IMG/VR virus record: IMGVR_UViG_3300045988_165521
DNA from: a virus
Reading direction: 5' to 3' (one strand)
Length of the DNA stretch: 64,000 nucleotides
The position numbers were made by a program, and so were the translations under genes. This document shows, one piece after another, positions 25,327-34,909 of the stretch (positions are counted from its first letter, which is position 1; every line of letters begins with the position of its first letter). The notes beneath the pieces were generated by a model that ran no database searches, had not been told where the DNA came from, and worked only from the letters and a program-made list of their open reading frames with translations.

Positions 25327-26487
25327 TTAAGCTCCTACTGTAAACTCTTGTTCTGCTACAGCATTACCATAAGAGGCTTTAACTGTAAACTTATCACCTT
25401 CTGCTGCAGTTTGTCCTTTTTTTACAGTAAGCTTACCATCGTTATCGATTTGATACTTACTATCTTCTTCTTTAATTGAATATTTAATAAGATTTGGACT
25501 AACAGCGGGACCAGATACATTTGCTTTAATTATTGCTTTTCCTTCGTTAATATCCTGTACTGAAACCTTAAGTGCAGATACGAATTCGATATTAATTAAT
25601 TCAGTATTATCAGGACTAACAACTTTAATTGAATCGTCTCCAAATACTTTTTTCAGATCCTCTTCAAACTTATCAACAAGTGATGATAATACATAGAACG
25701 TATGTGTCGTAACTGATTTAAGAGCTTGTCCTACTGTTCCCTGTCCATGAAGCCCCTTACGAGGCATGCAATATAAGAATGAGAATTGAGTATACAAACC
25801 TCCGTTTACTGGATACTCCTCTTCATTGAGAGCTGCATAACGTATATTAGGATAACTTGGGAAACGTAGATTCTCCTGAAGCCAAGCAGCAGTACCAATT
25901 TCCATTTTATTCTTAGTTACTTCTACAGCCTCATCAACCGTTACATATTGCTTCTCAGTGCAACTATCAGGACAACTAATACCTCTTTGTTCCTGAAGTT
26001 CAGCTACAGTAATGACCTGATGTGAATCAGTGCAACTTACAAGTACTTTGCCTGAATCTTCTGCAGATACTCTTACATATCTGTAGTTTTCAGGAATAGC
26101 CATTTCGATAGCCTTAATCATTTTTTCCTGAAGTTCTTTAGTCTTTTCTAAATCTTCAGCAGAAACCTCAAATTCAGCAAGTACAGCCTTACCAAAATTT
26201 GACCAAGGCATAGCGTAATCTGCAAGGTATTTACCGATTAGAGTAATACCAATTACTACTCTATAAGTACCTTCTTTCGTAGGTAAATTAAATGCTGCAC
26301 TAGCGACTTGGCCTTTTTCTGCTGGAGTTTTGTAAATAACTCCTTCGACTAAGCCTTCTTTTCTATAGTCTGCACAACGTAATACTCGAAATAATTTAAC
26401 AGGACCATCCATAACCATAAAACGAGGATTTACACCATCGTCAAGCAGGTTTGAATTAATTATTACTTCTTTTTGAAAATCAAACAT
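25327..26487 (-). CDS. abundant virion protein with C-terminal Ig-like (Big_2-type) domain, 386 aa
   Basis: Intact, TGA-free and GC-richer ORF followed by a strong terminator. The C-terminal ~90 aa (..KANVSGPAVSPNLIKYSIKEEDSKYQIDNDGKLTVKKGQTAAEGDKFTVKASYGNAVAEQEFTV) looks like a bacterial Ig-like domain. Confidence 0.6.
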   Translation of the reverse strand: MFDFQKEVIINSNLLDDGVNPRFMVMDGPVKLFRVLRCADYRKEGLVEGVIYKTPAEKGQVASAAFNLPTKEGTYRVVIGITLIGKYLADYAMPWSNFGKAVLAEFEVSAEDLEKTKELQEKMIKAIEMAIPENYRYVRVSAEDSGKVLVSCTDSHQVITVAELQEQRGISCPDSCTEKQYVTVDEAVEVTKNKMEIGTAAWLQENLRFPSYPNIRYAALNEEEYPVNGGLYTQFSFLYCMPRKGLHGQGTVGQALKSVTTHTFYVLSSLVDKFEEDLKKVFGDDSIKVVSPDNTELINIEFVSALKVSVQDINEGKAIIKANVSGPAVSPNLIKYSIKEEDSKYQIDNDGKLTVKKGQTAAEGDKFTVKASYGNAVAEQEFTVGA

Positions 26488-26513
26488 AATTTTTAATTTT
26501 TAAGTTAATAAAT

Positions 26514-27386
26514 TTATTTATTTCCAGGAACTGCTATAGTCTGATTAATAGGAACGTTTGTTTGTAATCTTGGATCACCTGCATTCTCTAATAATAGTCT
26601 AGTTACGATATTAATAATCTCGTAACAAACATAGTCTGGAAATTCCAGGGTTTGAGTATTATCTTCTGGTAATAATACATCATCCTGAGTCATGGAAACA
26701 TACATAGGAGCTTTTACATAAGTAATATATACATTATTTAAACTTCAATTCGAATCGCCACTATGTATTTCCAAATTTACAGAAGATTGATTTACAATCC
26801 TTTTATATGGTTCTTTTAATGCATAAAATCGATATTTTCCATCCTCTGTTTTAATATAATTAGGACGATAACTACCTTCTTTAATTTCATTATCCATAAC
26901 AGGATTTGTTACTGGTTGATCTTTTTCATTTCTATTAATAATATAATAATATGGCTTCTTATGTGAAGGTTTCATATAATAATTATTAATAATACCTGCA
27001 TAAAGATCTGCAGTTAATCTTTGACATGTTGAAGTAATAGTTCTTTGCACTCCATTTCCACATCTAGATTTATTTGAATCACTACCTGTAAATTCTGCAA
27101 TACAATTCAACATATGTAAGTAATCTTTAGGAAGTTGTAGCTCTCAAACAGTATCATTAAATTCCTGTCTTGGAGCAATTTTACCTACTTTAATTACTGA
27201 TGTAGTTTGTAAAAATCCTAAGTCATCTGAACTTTGTTGATTGTACTCACTTCTATTATATACACTATTTATATATTGTTGAATTGCTTTATTAAACAAG
27301 TATATGAAGTCCTCAAGTAAAACTTGAGGAGCTTTCACCTTGTTGCATTCAACTAAAATGTATTCATATGCTTGTCTAATAGTCAT
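26514..27386 (-). CDS. head-completion/adaptor-region protein, 290 aa
   Basis: Track ORFs 27144..27386, 26745..27113 and 26514..26705 are in one frame, joined by TGA at 27144 and 26745. TAA at 26514. Confidence 0.6.
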
Positions 27387-27395
27387 TATATATTG

Positions 27396-28301
27396 TTATT
27401 TATTGCTTTTCTTCTTTTCCGTCTTTTCAACTTTTTCCTCAGCTTTATCTTCAACTTTTTCCTCAGCTTTATCTTCAGCCTTTTCCTCTACTGTTTCTTT
27501 TAAACTTAGTTTCTGAAGATCAGGGTATGTCTCTAATGTAATACCCTCGTAGATAGTTTTATTTGCAGGAATCTTCAAGAAGAGTAAGATAGATTCGTCA
27601 GTTGTACCTAGACGAACATCCCCATACATCCAAACTCCACTTTGAAGGTTGATAACACGTTGTTCTTTTGCGTCAATAAGCAGCAGTTTAAGTGCTGTAT
27701 CTGATCCTGTATAAAGGTCAATAACAACCATTGGATCTTTTTCCGCTCTTTGATATAAATAGTCCTGAACATCTGAGTCAGGAGCATTTCTCATTGATTT
27801 GCCAAGTAACCTTGTTTTGGTAAGTCTTCCTTTAGCAGAATCTTGTTCAATATAAGTGAACGCTTTTGTTACAAGCTTCATACGTTCGATACGTTTTTCA
27901 GATTCAACTCCAGGTCTTTCTACATAGAATTCAGCTTGACCATAACGTTTTGGACCTCCGTCAATTAAAAGATTACCTTTTGAATCTTTAGAATCTCTTT
28001 CAGGTGCAATTAAGAATGAATCTTTAATGCAAGTCCAAATATTTCTTTCTAGAGGATTATCTAAATCAAACGTTTTACCATCATAAATCTCTATTCGTTC
28101 ATCTTCCTTAATAAAGTAATTACTATCAGGACTATTAATTTCTGCTTCACTTAAGATCATTTCTGTATCTCCACTAGCGTCTACCTGACGAACTCTTTTT
28201 ACAAAAGGATAGTTTGAACCATTTGCTTGTTTTAAAGGATTAATAAAGCAATGTGCTTTTTCCTTACCATATACATTTCTTAAAGTTACTATATTATTCA
28301 T
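27396..28301 (-). CDS. capsid-module protein with acidic repeat tail, 301 aa
   Basis: Intact TGA-free ORF immediately downstream of the putative MCP. The C-terminus is (EEKAEDKAEEKVEDKAEEKVEK). Confidence 0.65.
   Translation of the reverse strand: MNNIVTLRNVYGKEKAHCFINPLKQANGSNYPFVKRVRQVDASGDTEMILSEAEINSPDSNYFIKEDERIEIYDGKTFDLDNPLERNIWTCIKDSFLIAPERDSKDSKGNLLIDGGPKRYGQAEFYVERPGVESEKRIERMKLVTKAFTYIEQDSAKGRLTKTRLLGKSMRNAPDSDVQDYLYQRAEKDPMVVIDLYTGSDTALKLLLIDAKEQRVINLQSGVWMYGDVRLGTTDESILLFLKIPANKTIYEGITLETYPDLQKLSLKETVEEKAEDKAEEKVEDKAEEKVEKTEKKKSNK
27427..27498. repeat. 24-bp tandem repeat, about 3 copies (third degenerate)
   Basis: tcaactttttcctcagctttatct occurs at 27427-27450 and 27451-27474, with a degenerate copy at 27475-27498. 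It encodes the E/K/A-rich tail. Confidence 0.8.
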
Positions 28302-28359
28302 ATTTATTCTTATTAAATTTATCTATACCAAATAATGATATCTAAGTTTTAAATATTTT

Positions 28360-28387
28360 GTAGACTTCTCCCGAAGGAGAAGCCTAC
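28360..28387 (-). terminator. terminator hairpin after the putative MCP gene
   Basis: Stems cttctcc and ggagaag around a 4-nt loop (UUCG on the minus-strand RNA). Confidence 0.55.
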
Positions 28388-28412
28388 TAATATTCTATTC
28401 TATCTTTTTATA

Positions 28413-29822
28413 TTACTTTTCACTAACTAAGATAAAGCTACGATATGGGTTGAATACACCAACACCAGCATAACCCCAGTCAATAAGTTTAGTTGCAGCT
28501 ACTGGGCTTGCAACAGGACCACTTTCACGTCCACTTCTACGACCAACACCCTCTAACCAGTTATGGCAGAACTCATTGTTCTTGAATGTGAACATTGCAA
28601 TAGCGGGTTTTCCACTAGCAGCATCAGCAGTCAGATCAAGGAAGATACCATATTTCTTCTCAGGGAATTCGTTATCAAGAGCACGGTCAACTTTGAAAGT
28701 TACAGTATTACCTGCATACTCGTATGAGTTATAGGTTGCACCAACTTTGATATAATCATTAGCACCCTTAGAGAACATGAATGTACCAACAGTCTTCCAG
28801 TCACGAAGATATCCTGACAGACTATCTTGAATTTCAGCCCACATAGGAGTATTGCAAATAAAGATATATTTATTGCCAGTAGGATTATTTGATTTAGCGA
28901 TCATGGCAAGGATAGCGGTATTCATAACTTTATTAGTCATCTTTGAATACACATATTTACCTGCGAAACGCTCAATCTGAGGAATAATACCATCGCCAGA
29001 GATAATAGGCTCACCTGTTTCAGGATCAAAGATCTTAGGTTTACCATTCTTATCTACGTTAGTCTTACCCCAAAGCAGTGCATTTGCACGAGCAGCCATG
29101 AAGCTATCAAGACAATCTTTTTCTGCAGCATTCATTTTGTAAACAGGATCACTTTCTGTTCCTTTACCAATCTGAATGAAAACGTCCTCCATTGCACGAT
29201 ACTTAGCAGTGTAGTCTACATCTGCACGGTGTGTTGCAATAAATGTACGATGCTTTTCAACATTTGACTGATACTTAACGTATCCTTCCTCATGCATTTC
29301 AGGCTGATAGTTCGTTAAGAAACGAGTCTTCATACCTGGCTGGCAGAATTCAACATCAAGAGTAGCATTGTAATCTGAATCTTGTAGTTTACCTACAATC
29401 TCCCAGTCTCTATCTGATCTACGAACAGGACGTGACAGGAAGATAACTTGCTGACGTGATCCTTCGATGATCATTACGTCATTTCTCTGATAATAATTTT
29501 CAGGGAAGTGGAAGATGATATCGGTACCCTGAGCACCATCGCCATCAGGAACCTGTAGGAAAGGAATTCTCTTAATAAATCCTACATTAATGTCCCACTC
29601 TACCATAAATGAATTAATACTTTGGAAACTATTTTTCTTGTCTTTTTCCATTGTATATATATTCATCAGAGATTCAGTAAGGTACGATGCGGTATACTGC
29701 TCATAAAGTGATGATACAATACCAAGACGTGCAGGTTTTTCACCTAAAAATTTGTAAAAATCCTCATATGTACGAGTTGAACTCATCTGAGGACGTACTG
29801 TACTAAAACTAGAAATTCTCAT
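28413..29822 (-). CDS. putative major capsid protein, 469 aa
   Basis: Intact ORF, GC-richer than its surroundings. All 7 Trp are TGG and there is no TGA. An acidic scaffold-like gene lies directly upstream and a terminator downstream. The identity is positional and compositional, not homology-verified. Confidence 0.6.
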   Translation of the reverse strand: MRISSFSTVRPQMSSTRTYEDFYKFLGEKPARLGIVSSLYEQYTASYLTESLMNIYTMEKDKKNSFQSINSFMVEWDINVGFIKRIPFLQVPDGDGAQGTDIIFHFPENYYQRNDVMIIEGSRQQVIFLSRPVRRSDRDWEIVGKLQDSDYNATLDVEFCQPGMKTRFLTNYQPEMHEEGYVKYQSNVEKHRTFIATHRADVDYTAKYRAMEDVFIQIGKGTESDPVYKMNAAEKDCLDSFMAARANALLWGKTNVDKNGKPKIFDPETGEPIISGDGIIPQIERFAGKYVYSKMTNKVMNTAILAMIAKSNNPTGNKYIFICNTPMWAEIQDSLSGYLRDWKTVGTFMFSKGANDYIKVGATYNSYEYAGNTVTFKVDRALDNEFPEKKYGIFLDLTADAASGKPAIAMFTFKNNEFCHNWLEGVGRRSGRESGPVASPVAATKLIDWGYAGVGVFNPYRSFILVSEK

Positions 29823-29859
29823 ATTGTTTAATTTAATTGTTTATTTATAATTCGTCATC

Positions 29860-30912
29860 TCATAATGACGCGATTGATTTATCTGGATTTGATTTATTTT
29901 TCTCTTCATTAGTAGGTATTACAGTTGAAGGTTTAGGAGGCTCATTCTTAGGAGCTGCGGGCTTCCTAGTTTCCTTAATTAAACTCTTATAATACTGAGA
30001 AATACCTGAAATAGCATCTTTACCAAAGAGACGATACCAAGCGAGCTCTACAAGAACTTGTGGATCATTTAAATCTTTAAAGAACTGGCTAGCTCCATTT
30101 TCATCTTGATCTAGAATATAACTAAAGATCTCTTGTTTATCGTGATCTTCAATTTGTAAACTATCAGATTTTTCATCTTGATAGTCAAGAGAGATTTCAT
30201 TGAAATTTACTAACTGTTCCTCAAGTGTTGATTTAAATGCGTTATACTGTTCCTCTTGAGCTCTTTGTGCATCTTCTACTGCTTTATCTTCTTGTGCTTT
30301 ATATTGGTTTCGAATTGTCTCTACCTTTTTCTTAAATAAGTCTTCATTACTCTTTGCTAAGTCTAAATCTGCTTGAATTTCCTCTTCAGTCATACCTTCA
30401 AACTTAGATTTAAGATCGGCAATATACAATTCTTCATCAGAGTAGTCATCTACAGAATAAGCTTTATTAACAGGTCCATTCTGATTAATGTAGTCCTGTA
30501 CTGCTTTTTGAGAATAGTATTCAACAACATCTTGAATTGTAAGATTGTTGTTACGAAGGTACTCAATAGTATGAACTTCATCTTCAGTTAAGTCAGGTTT
30601 TGCTAATTCATTTAAAATATTTAGTTGTTCTTCCCTATCTAAAGTATTGAAATCTACTTCTTGTTCATTACCTTCTTCATCTTGATAAATTAATGTTTTT
30701 CCATCTCTTAAACCTCTTCCTTTTAAGAATTCACTAAATACATCAAGATCTTTATCTTTTGGTTCAGGATCTGAGTTAGTGTCATTAGGGATTGGTTCAG
30801 GAGTTGGATCATTTTGGTTATCAGGATTTGTATCTCCTTCGAGATTAGTTTTTGTGTCAGAATCATCTGGTTCTAGCAGATTATCCCAATGATTTTGTCC
30901 GTCGATAATCAT
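29860..30912 (-). CDS. acidic scaffold-like protein, 350 aa
   Basis: Very D/E/Q/K-rich, coiled-coil-like, TGA-free, directly upstream of the putative MCP. Confidence 0.5.
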   Translation of the reverse strand: MIIDGQNHWDNLLEPDDSDTKTNLEGDTNPDNQNDPTPEPIPNDTNSDPEPKDKDLDVFSEFLKGRGLRDGKTLIYQDEEGNEQEVDFNTLDREEQLNILNELAKPDLTEDEVHTIEYLRNNNLTIQDVVEYYSQKAVQDYINQNGPVNKAYSVDDYSDEELYIADLKSKFEGMTEEEIQADLDLAKSNEDLFKKKVETIRNQYKAQEDKAVEDAQRAQEEQYNAFKSTLEEQLVNFNEISLDYQDEKSDSLQIEDHDKQEIFSYILDQDENGASQFFKDLNDPQVLVELAWYRLFGKDAISGISQYYKSLIKETRKPAAPKNEPPKPSTVIPTNEEKNKSNPDKSIASL

Positions 30913-30964
30913 AATTCTTATTTTTCCTTATTAATTGATTATTAATGTGTTTTAATATTCGCAG

Positions 30965-30996
30965 CAAATATAATATATAAATTTCTAATTTCCAAA
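30965..30996 (-). promoter_or_regulatory. Bacteroidota-type promoter (TTTG-N20-TAtaTTTG)
   Basis: The minus strand reads TTTGgaaattagaaatttatatatTAtaTTTG, upstream of the ATG at 30912. Confidence 0.6.
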
Positions 30997-31017
30997 TAAA
31001 ATAGAATAAATTTTATA

Positions 31018-31350
31018 TTAATTCTCACTTTGAATAGCTTCTACAAAGTCTAAGATATTATCAGTAATAGATCCAGCTTTATCAAGCTTTTCAATAATTG
31101 ACTTTAAGAATCCAATTTCACTGTCTGTAAATTCAACTGTTAATAGTTCCTTTTCAGGAGACCACACAATTCTACCATCTTTATTCTCAATCTTCAATGC
31201 TTCGACTTCCTCACTTGAAAAGTCAATCTTTTTCCGAACATTTCTTTTTGAAATCATTTCAGTTACAGAACCTTGCTCAGGAAGATTCATCAGTAACATT
31301 AATCGAGTAGCTACATTTAAATCAATTTTTTTCATTTTAGTTTTATTCAT
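31018..31350 (-). CDS. hypothetical protein, 110 aa
   Basis: Intact ORF between two promoter motifs. Confidence 0.6.
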   Translation of the reverse strand: MNKTKMKKIDLNVATRLMLLMNLPEQGSVTEMISKRNVRKKIDFSSEEVEALKIENKDGRIVWSPEKELLTVEFTDSEIGFLKSIIEKLDKAGSITDNILDFVEAIQSEN

Positions 31351-31378
31351 ATTAGTTCATATTTTTAATTTGTATTTG

Positions 31379-31410
31379 CAAAGTTATAGATTATTTAATA
31401 AATAAACAAA
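31379..31410 (-). promoter_or_regulatory. Bacteroidota-type promoter (TTTG-N20-TAacTTTG)
   Basis: The minus strand reads TTTGtttatttattaaataatctaTAacTTTG, upstream of the ATG at 31350. Confidence 0.55.
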
Positions 31411-31442
31411 TTTTTATCTAATTTATTGTATATAAACAAAAA

Positions 31443-31462
31443 ATGCCGCATTTCTGCGGCAT
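31443..31462 (-). terminator. intrinsic terminator
   Basis: atgccgca tttc tgcggcat, followed on the minus strand by TTTTTG. Confidence 0.7.
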
Positions 31463-31474
31463 ATCTTGTAAAAA

Positions 31475-31921
31475 TTAATCTTTTTTATCTATTTCTTTTA
31501 TTTCTATGACTAGCTTTTGACGACAATCATCACATAAAAATCTTTTAGCTATTTTAAACATACTTTGACCAATTTCACCTGTTAAGTATTGATATTCTTC
31601 TCCATATGGTTTAATTTTCAATGCTGAACTAATATGCATTGCTAAATGACCTTTTTCATGATCAAATGTATTTTGAAATTCTTCAGCAGATGTTGTCAAT
31701 CCAATAACTACAATGGAACATTTATGTTTGAAGTTTGAATAGGTAATTCCTATATTATATTGGTTACTTCTTAATAAATTTTCTGCTTTTACAAGTTCAG
31801 ATCAACTACATCCTATTAGTTCTAATTCTTCTAGAATTTCATCTGTATAATAAGTATCTACTGCATAATATACAGTTACGTGCCAATCTCAATCCTCCAA
31901 ATAAATGTTCTGTACTACCAT
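31475..31921 (-). CDS. small HExxH (zinc-metallopeptidase-like) protein, 148 aa
   Basis: ATG at 31921. In-frame TGA at 31889 and 31802. The motif FDHEKGHLAMH is present. TAA at 31475. Confidence 0.5.
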
Positions 31922-31922
31922 A

Positions 31923-32342
31923 TTAGATCATATCTTCTCACATTATTGGAGTTCCTGAGCCTATGCAGTCTGCATAAAATCTTGTTAGAGCCTTTCCATC
32001 ATATCCATCTATATCATCTAAGTAATCTTTAACAAACTGTAATAAATACTGTTCGCTAATAATAGATGATTCAAAAAAATCTGATTTGGCCATATGGTAT
32101 ACATACATTACATCGTATCCTACACAATTATCTACTTTTATTCCATAGTTTCTAAACAATTGCTCTAATTCGCTTTTAGGAGTTAATGTTACCTCTTCAG
32201 GCTTTCCATTAGCTCCTCTTTTGCGCATTTTAGATACAGCTCAATCACATAGCTTTTTATTAAAATGCCATCCGTTTTGTGCCAGATATTCTTCCATTCC
32301 TGAAGGCATTTTGTCTCTAATATCTAGTCTATCTCTTTTCAT
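31923..32342 (-). CDS. hypothetical protein, 139 aa
   Basis: ATG at 32342. In-frame TGA at 32241 and 31938. TAA at 31923. Confidence 0.6.
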
Positions 32343-32344
32343 AA

Positions 32345-32554
32345 CTACCGACCTCCACGATATCCAGAACGATAAGATGATCTATAACCTGATCGTTCTC
32401 CCATCATTTCTTCCATAGCTTTTTCGTATCCGTCTTCATAGCCACATTCGTATGCTTCTCTTTCAGCTTTTTCCATTTTTTCTGACTTATCACGCATACC
32501 CATTCTGTAGTCCATTTCTCTGTCGCGGCCTTCTCTAATTTCCCACACTCTCAT
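32345..32554 (-). CDS. highly charged small protein with SYR/RGG tail, 69 aa
   Basis: Intact ORF ending in TAG. The C-terminus is GYRSSYRSGYRGGR. Confidence 0.5.
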   Translation of the reverse strand: MRVWEIREGRDREMDYRMGMRDKSEKMEKAEREAYECGYEDGYEKAMEEMMGERSGYRSSYRSGYRGGR

Positions 32555-32557
32555 ATA

Positions 32558-33070
32558 TTACTCCTTTTTTAATTGTAACATTAATTCTCTATTTAATTCC
32601 ATTAATTCAGTAATACTTTTAGACATTTCTCCTACTTGATTTTTTAAAGAATTTATTTCAGATTGTTGCTGTTGTTTTTCTGCAAGTTCTGGATTTAATT
32701 CTGTTAAAATGCGATCAAAGCAGGTTATCATTTCTTTGTGGAAATCTACACTACTTATAATGGCTGCACTTTTTTGTTTTAGGCTGCCAATCTCTGCATT
32801 CATCGCTTCTCTACTATCAGATAATACTATATTACTGTTATTAAAATCTGCAATATCTAAATTAGCTGGAATTTTTTGATATGTAACGTCTTGGTTATTA
32901 ACCTTAACGGTAATATCAACAACCATCTCTTGTGGCTGTCCAAACATTGGTTGAATTGGATATTTAGGGACAGGCATTGAAACACTTACAACAGAACCAA
33001 CATCTAAACGTGGAGATGCGTCTTTATATAAAATATATATCTGACTATTTGGCCTTAAGTTTGAAAACAT
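32558..33070 (-). CDS. hypothetical protein with C-terminal coiled coil, 170 aa
   Basis: Intact TGA-free ORF. Confidence 0.6.
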   Translation of the reverse strand: MFSNLRPNSQIYILYKDASPRLDVGSVVSVSMPVPKYPIQPMFGQPQEMVVDITVKVNNQDVTYQKIPANLDIADFNNSNIVLSDSREAMNAEIGSLKQKSAAIISSVDFHKEMITCFDRILTELNPELAEKQQQQSEINSLKNQVGEMSKSITELMELNRELMLQLKKE

Positions 33071-33087
33071 ATATTACAAATTATTTG

Positions 33088-33531
33088 CTAAGCAGCTGAT
33101 GCTGCTGGGTTAGTAAACTCTAAAAATCTTATTACGCCCGTACTCTTATTGATATACGCTAGACGTTGGGTATTTCCTTGTACATTTGAACCAGTAACGT
33201 TAGAACCTTGACTATCTACAACACTGATTTTAGTTTTTCCTGTAGTGTCTCCACTCGATATTGTTGAAGCTCCACTAGGAACTCCTACTAATACAGGTAA
33301 ATCTTCGCCACCAGTAGGTGCGTCAGCGTGTATTGTCAACAGTACTATACTCTCACATGGTAATTTACTATATAAACAAGGATTAATACCATAATCAACA
33401 GAGCTCTCTGTAAGAGCTACTGCATTAGTGGATAACTTATAAATACCTCCAATATCAATTCTTGGAAGTCCTTCATTTCGAACAGGTACGGGACCTAAAT
33501 TCCACCAATAAGGATCAATAATATTAATCAT
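33088..33531 (-). CDS. hypothetical beta-rich protein, 147 aa
   Basis: Intact, TGA-free, GC-richer ORF. Confidence 0.6.
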   Translation of the reverse strand: MINIIDPYWWNLGPVPVRNEGLPRIDIGGIYKLSTNAVALTESSVDYGINPCLYSKLPCESIVLLTIHADAPTGGEDLPVLVGVPSGASTISSGDTTGKTKISVVDSQGSNVTGSNVQGNTQRLAYINKSTGVIRFLEFTNPAASAA

Positions 33532-33545
33532 AATCTATATATTTA

Positions 33546-34448
33546 TTAGCAACCACATAAAGTAGTATAAGGATTAACACTAAAGTTAACAGGCTGACTA
33601 TAGCTTACAGGAACTAAATTACCCATTGCTGGGATGTAAGGAATAGTTACTGTAGCAGGCTGTTTACACTCTATTGCACCTAGTCTTGCACTTAAGTCTT
33701 GAAGAGCCGCGTTCACTGGAGCAATCGTTTGAGCTTGGAAAGCTTGAATAGCATTTGTTTGATGCTCTTGAGAAAGCTGATTGATAAGCGCAGATTTATC
33801 CTCACGTAAAGCGTCGATTTTGTTCTGCAATTCTCTCATTTCAAGCTGACAAAATTTATCACTAATAAGAGTAGTTTGCTGATCTATCTTACTTCCAAGA
33901 GTATTAGTTTGGTTCAGAGTAGCTAACTGGCCTTCATATCCCTGACGTTCAATAGCTGTACGAACATCGCAGCAGCATGATGCAATTTGTGATGCAATCT
34001 GGCAATTACCTGCTTGGATAGCATTGATAATTTGCTGTCCACTCATACCTACCTGATTACCTACAGACTGAATCTGACTTTGAACTGAATTAATAGCTGA
34101 CTGTACAGCATTAATATCGCAATTTAATGTAGTAGCTAACTGACTAATTGCATTTCCGTTTCCATTAATAGCTTGTAATAGCATCTCTCTACCATAATCA
34201 TTATTAAGCTGATTGCCTAAACCACCAGCACCATTATTACCAAATCCGTTACCTCCTCAGCCCATAAGGAAGAACAAGAAAATTACCCAGATGAACCATC
34301 CACCTTCTCCAAAACCATCATTGTTACGGCCTTGCATTGCTAATAGAACGTTTGGATCTACACCTCTTTGTGAAAGCATAGGACCTAAAAGACCTAATAT
34401 TCCGTTATTTGCGCTTTCACCAAACACATAAGTTTTTTCTTCTGCCAT
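33546..34448 (-). CDS. membrane-anchored Gly-rich / coiled-coil / Cys-rich protein, 300 aa
   Basis: Track ORFs 34257..34448 and 33546..34184 are in frame and joined by one TGA (34257). The gap was checked. Features are a TM segment GGWFIWVIFLFFLMGW, a GGNGFGNNGAGGLG stretch, a CCC triplet and a C-terminal CGC. Confidence 0.65.
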
Positions 34449-34556
34449 ATTAAAAAATACTTAAATTGTTAAACATTTTGTTTTTGTTTTGTTGATCAAC
34501 AGTACAAATTTACAATAGCAAAAGACTAAAACATAACGTTACTATTAAAATAAAAA

Positions 34557-34586
34557 ATCCCCTTAAGTTTCTCAACTTAAGGGGAT
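34557..34586 (-). terminator. strong intrinsic terminator
   Basis: A 13-bp stem atccccttaagtt / aacttaaggggat, followed by a T-run on the minus strand. Confidence 0.75.
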
Positions 34587-34615
34587 TACAAAGATCCATA
34601 ATTAGTAACTTGTTA

Positions 34616-34909
34616 CTAATTGTTTTCTATAAATTTATCTAAGTCTTTCTTATATCAAAACAATTCTTTAAAACCTATTTGTTTACGACCATTAGGAATC
34701 TTCTTTGCCTTAACATAATTGTCAAAAGTCGCTCTACTAACTTTTAAGTATTTACATGCTTGATACTTGCTAAGTTTTTCATTCTTATTAGTTATTCCAG
34801 AAAGATATTCAATTACTTCTTCGCACTCTTCTGGACTAAGATTAGAATTACCAGTATCGATATCGTTAACAATTTTTAATAAAATTTCTCTAATAATCTT
34901 TAATATAAT
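34616..34909 (-). CDS. excisionase/AlpA-like helix-turn-helix protein (~97 aa) lacking an ATG/GTG/TTG start
   Basis: An open frame encodes ..LSKYQACKYLKVSRATFDNYVKAKKIPNGRKQIGFKELF[TGA]YKKDLDKFIENN, with TAG at 34616. The only candidate start is ATT at 34909, sitting in a TAATT junction with the fibre stop. This is the same register as the TAATG junctions elsewhere. Confidence 0.4.
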
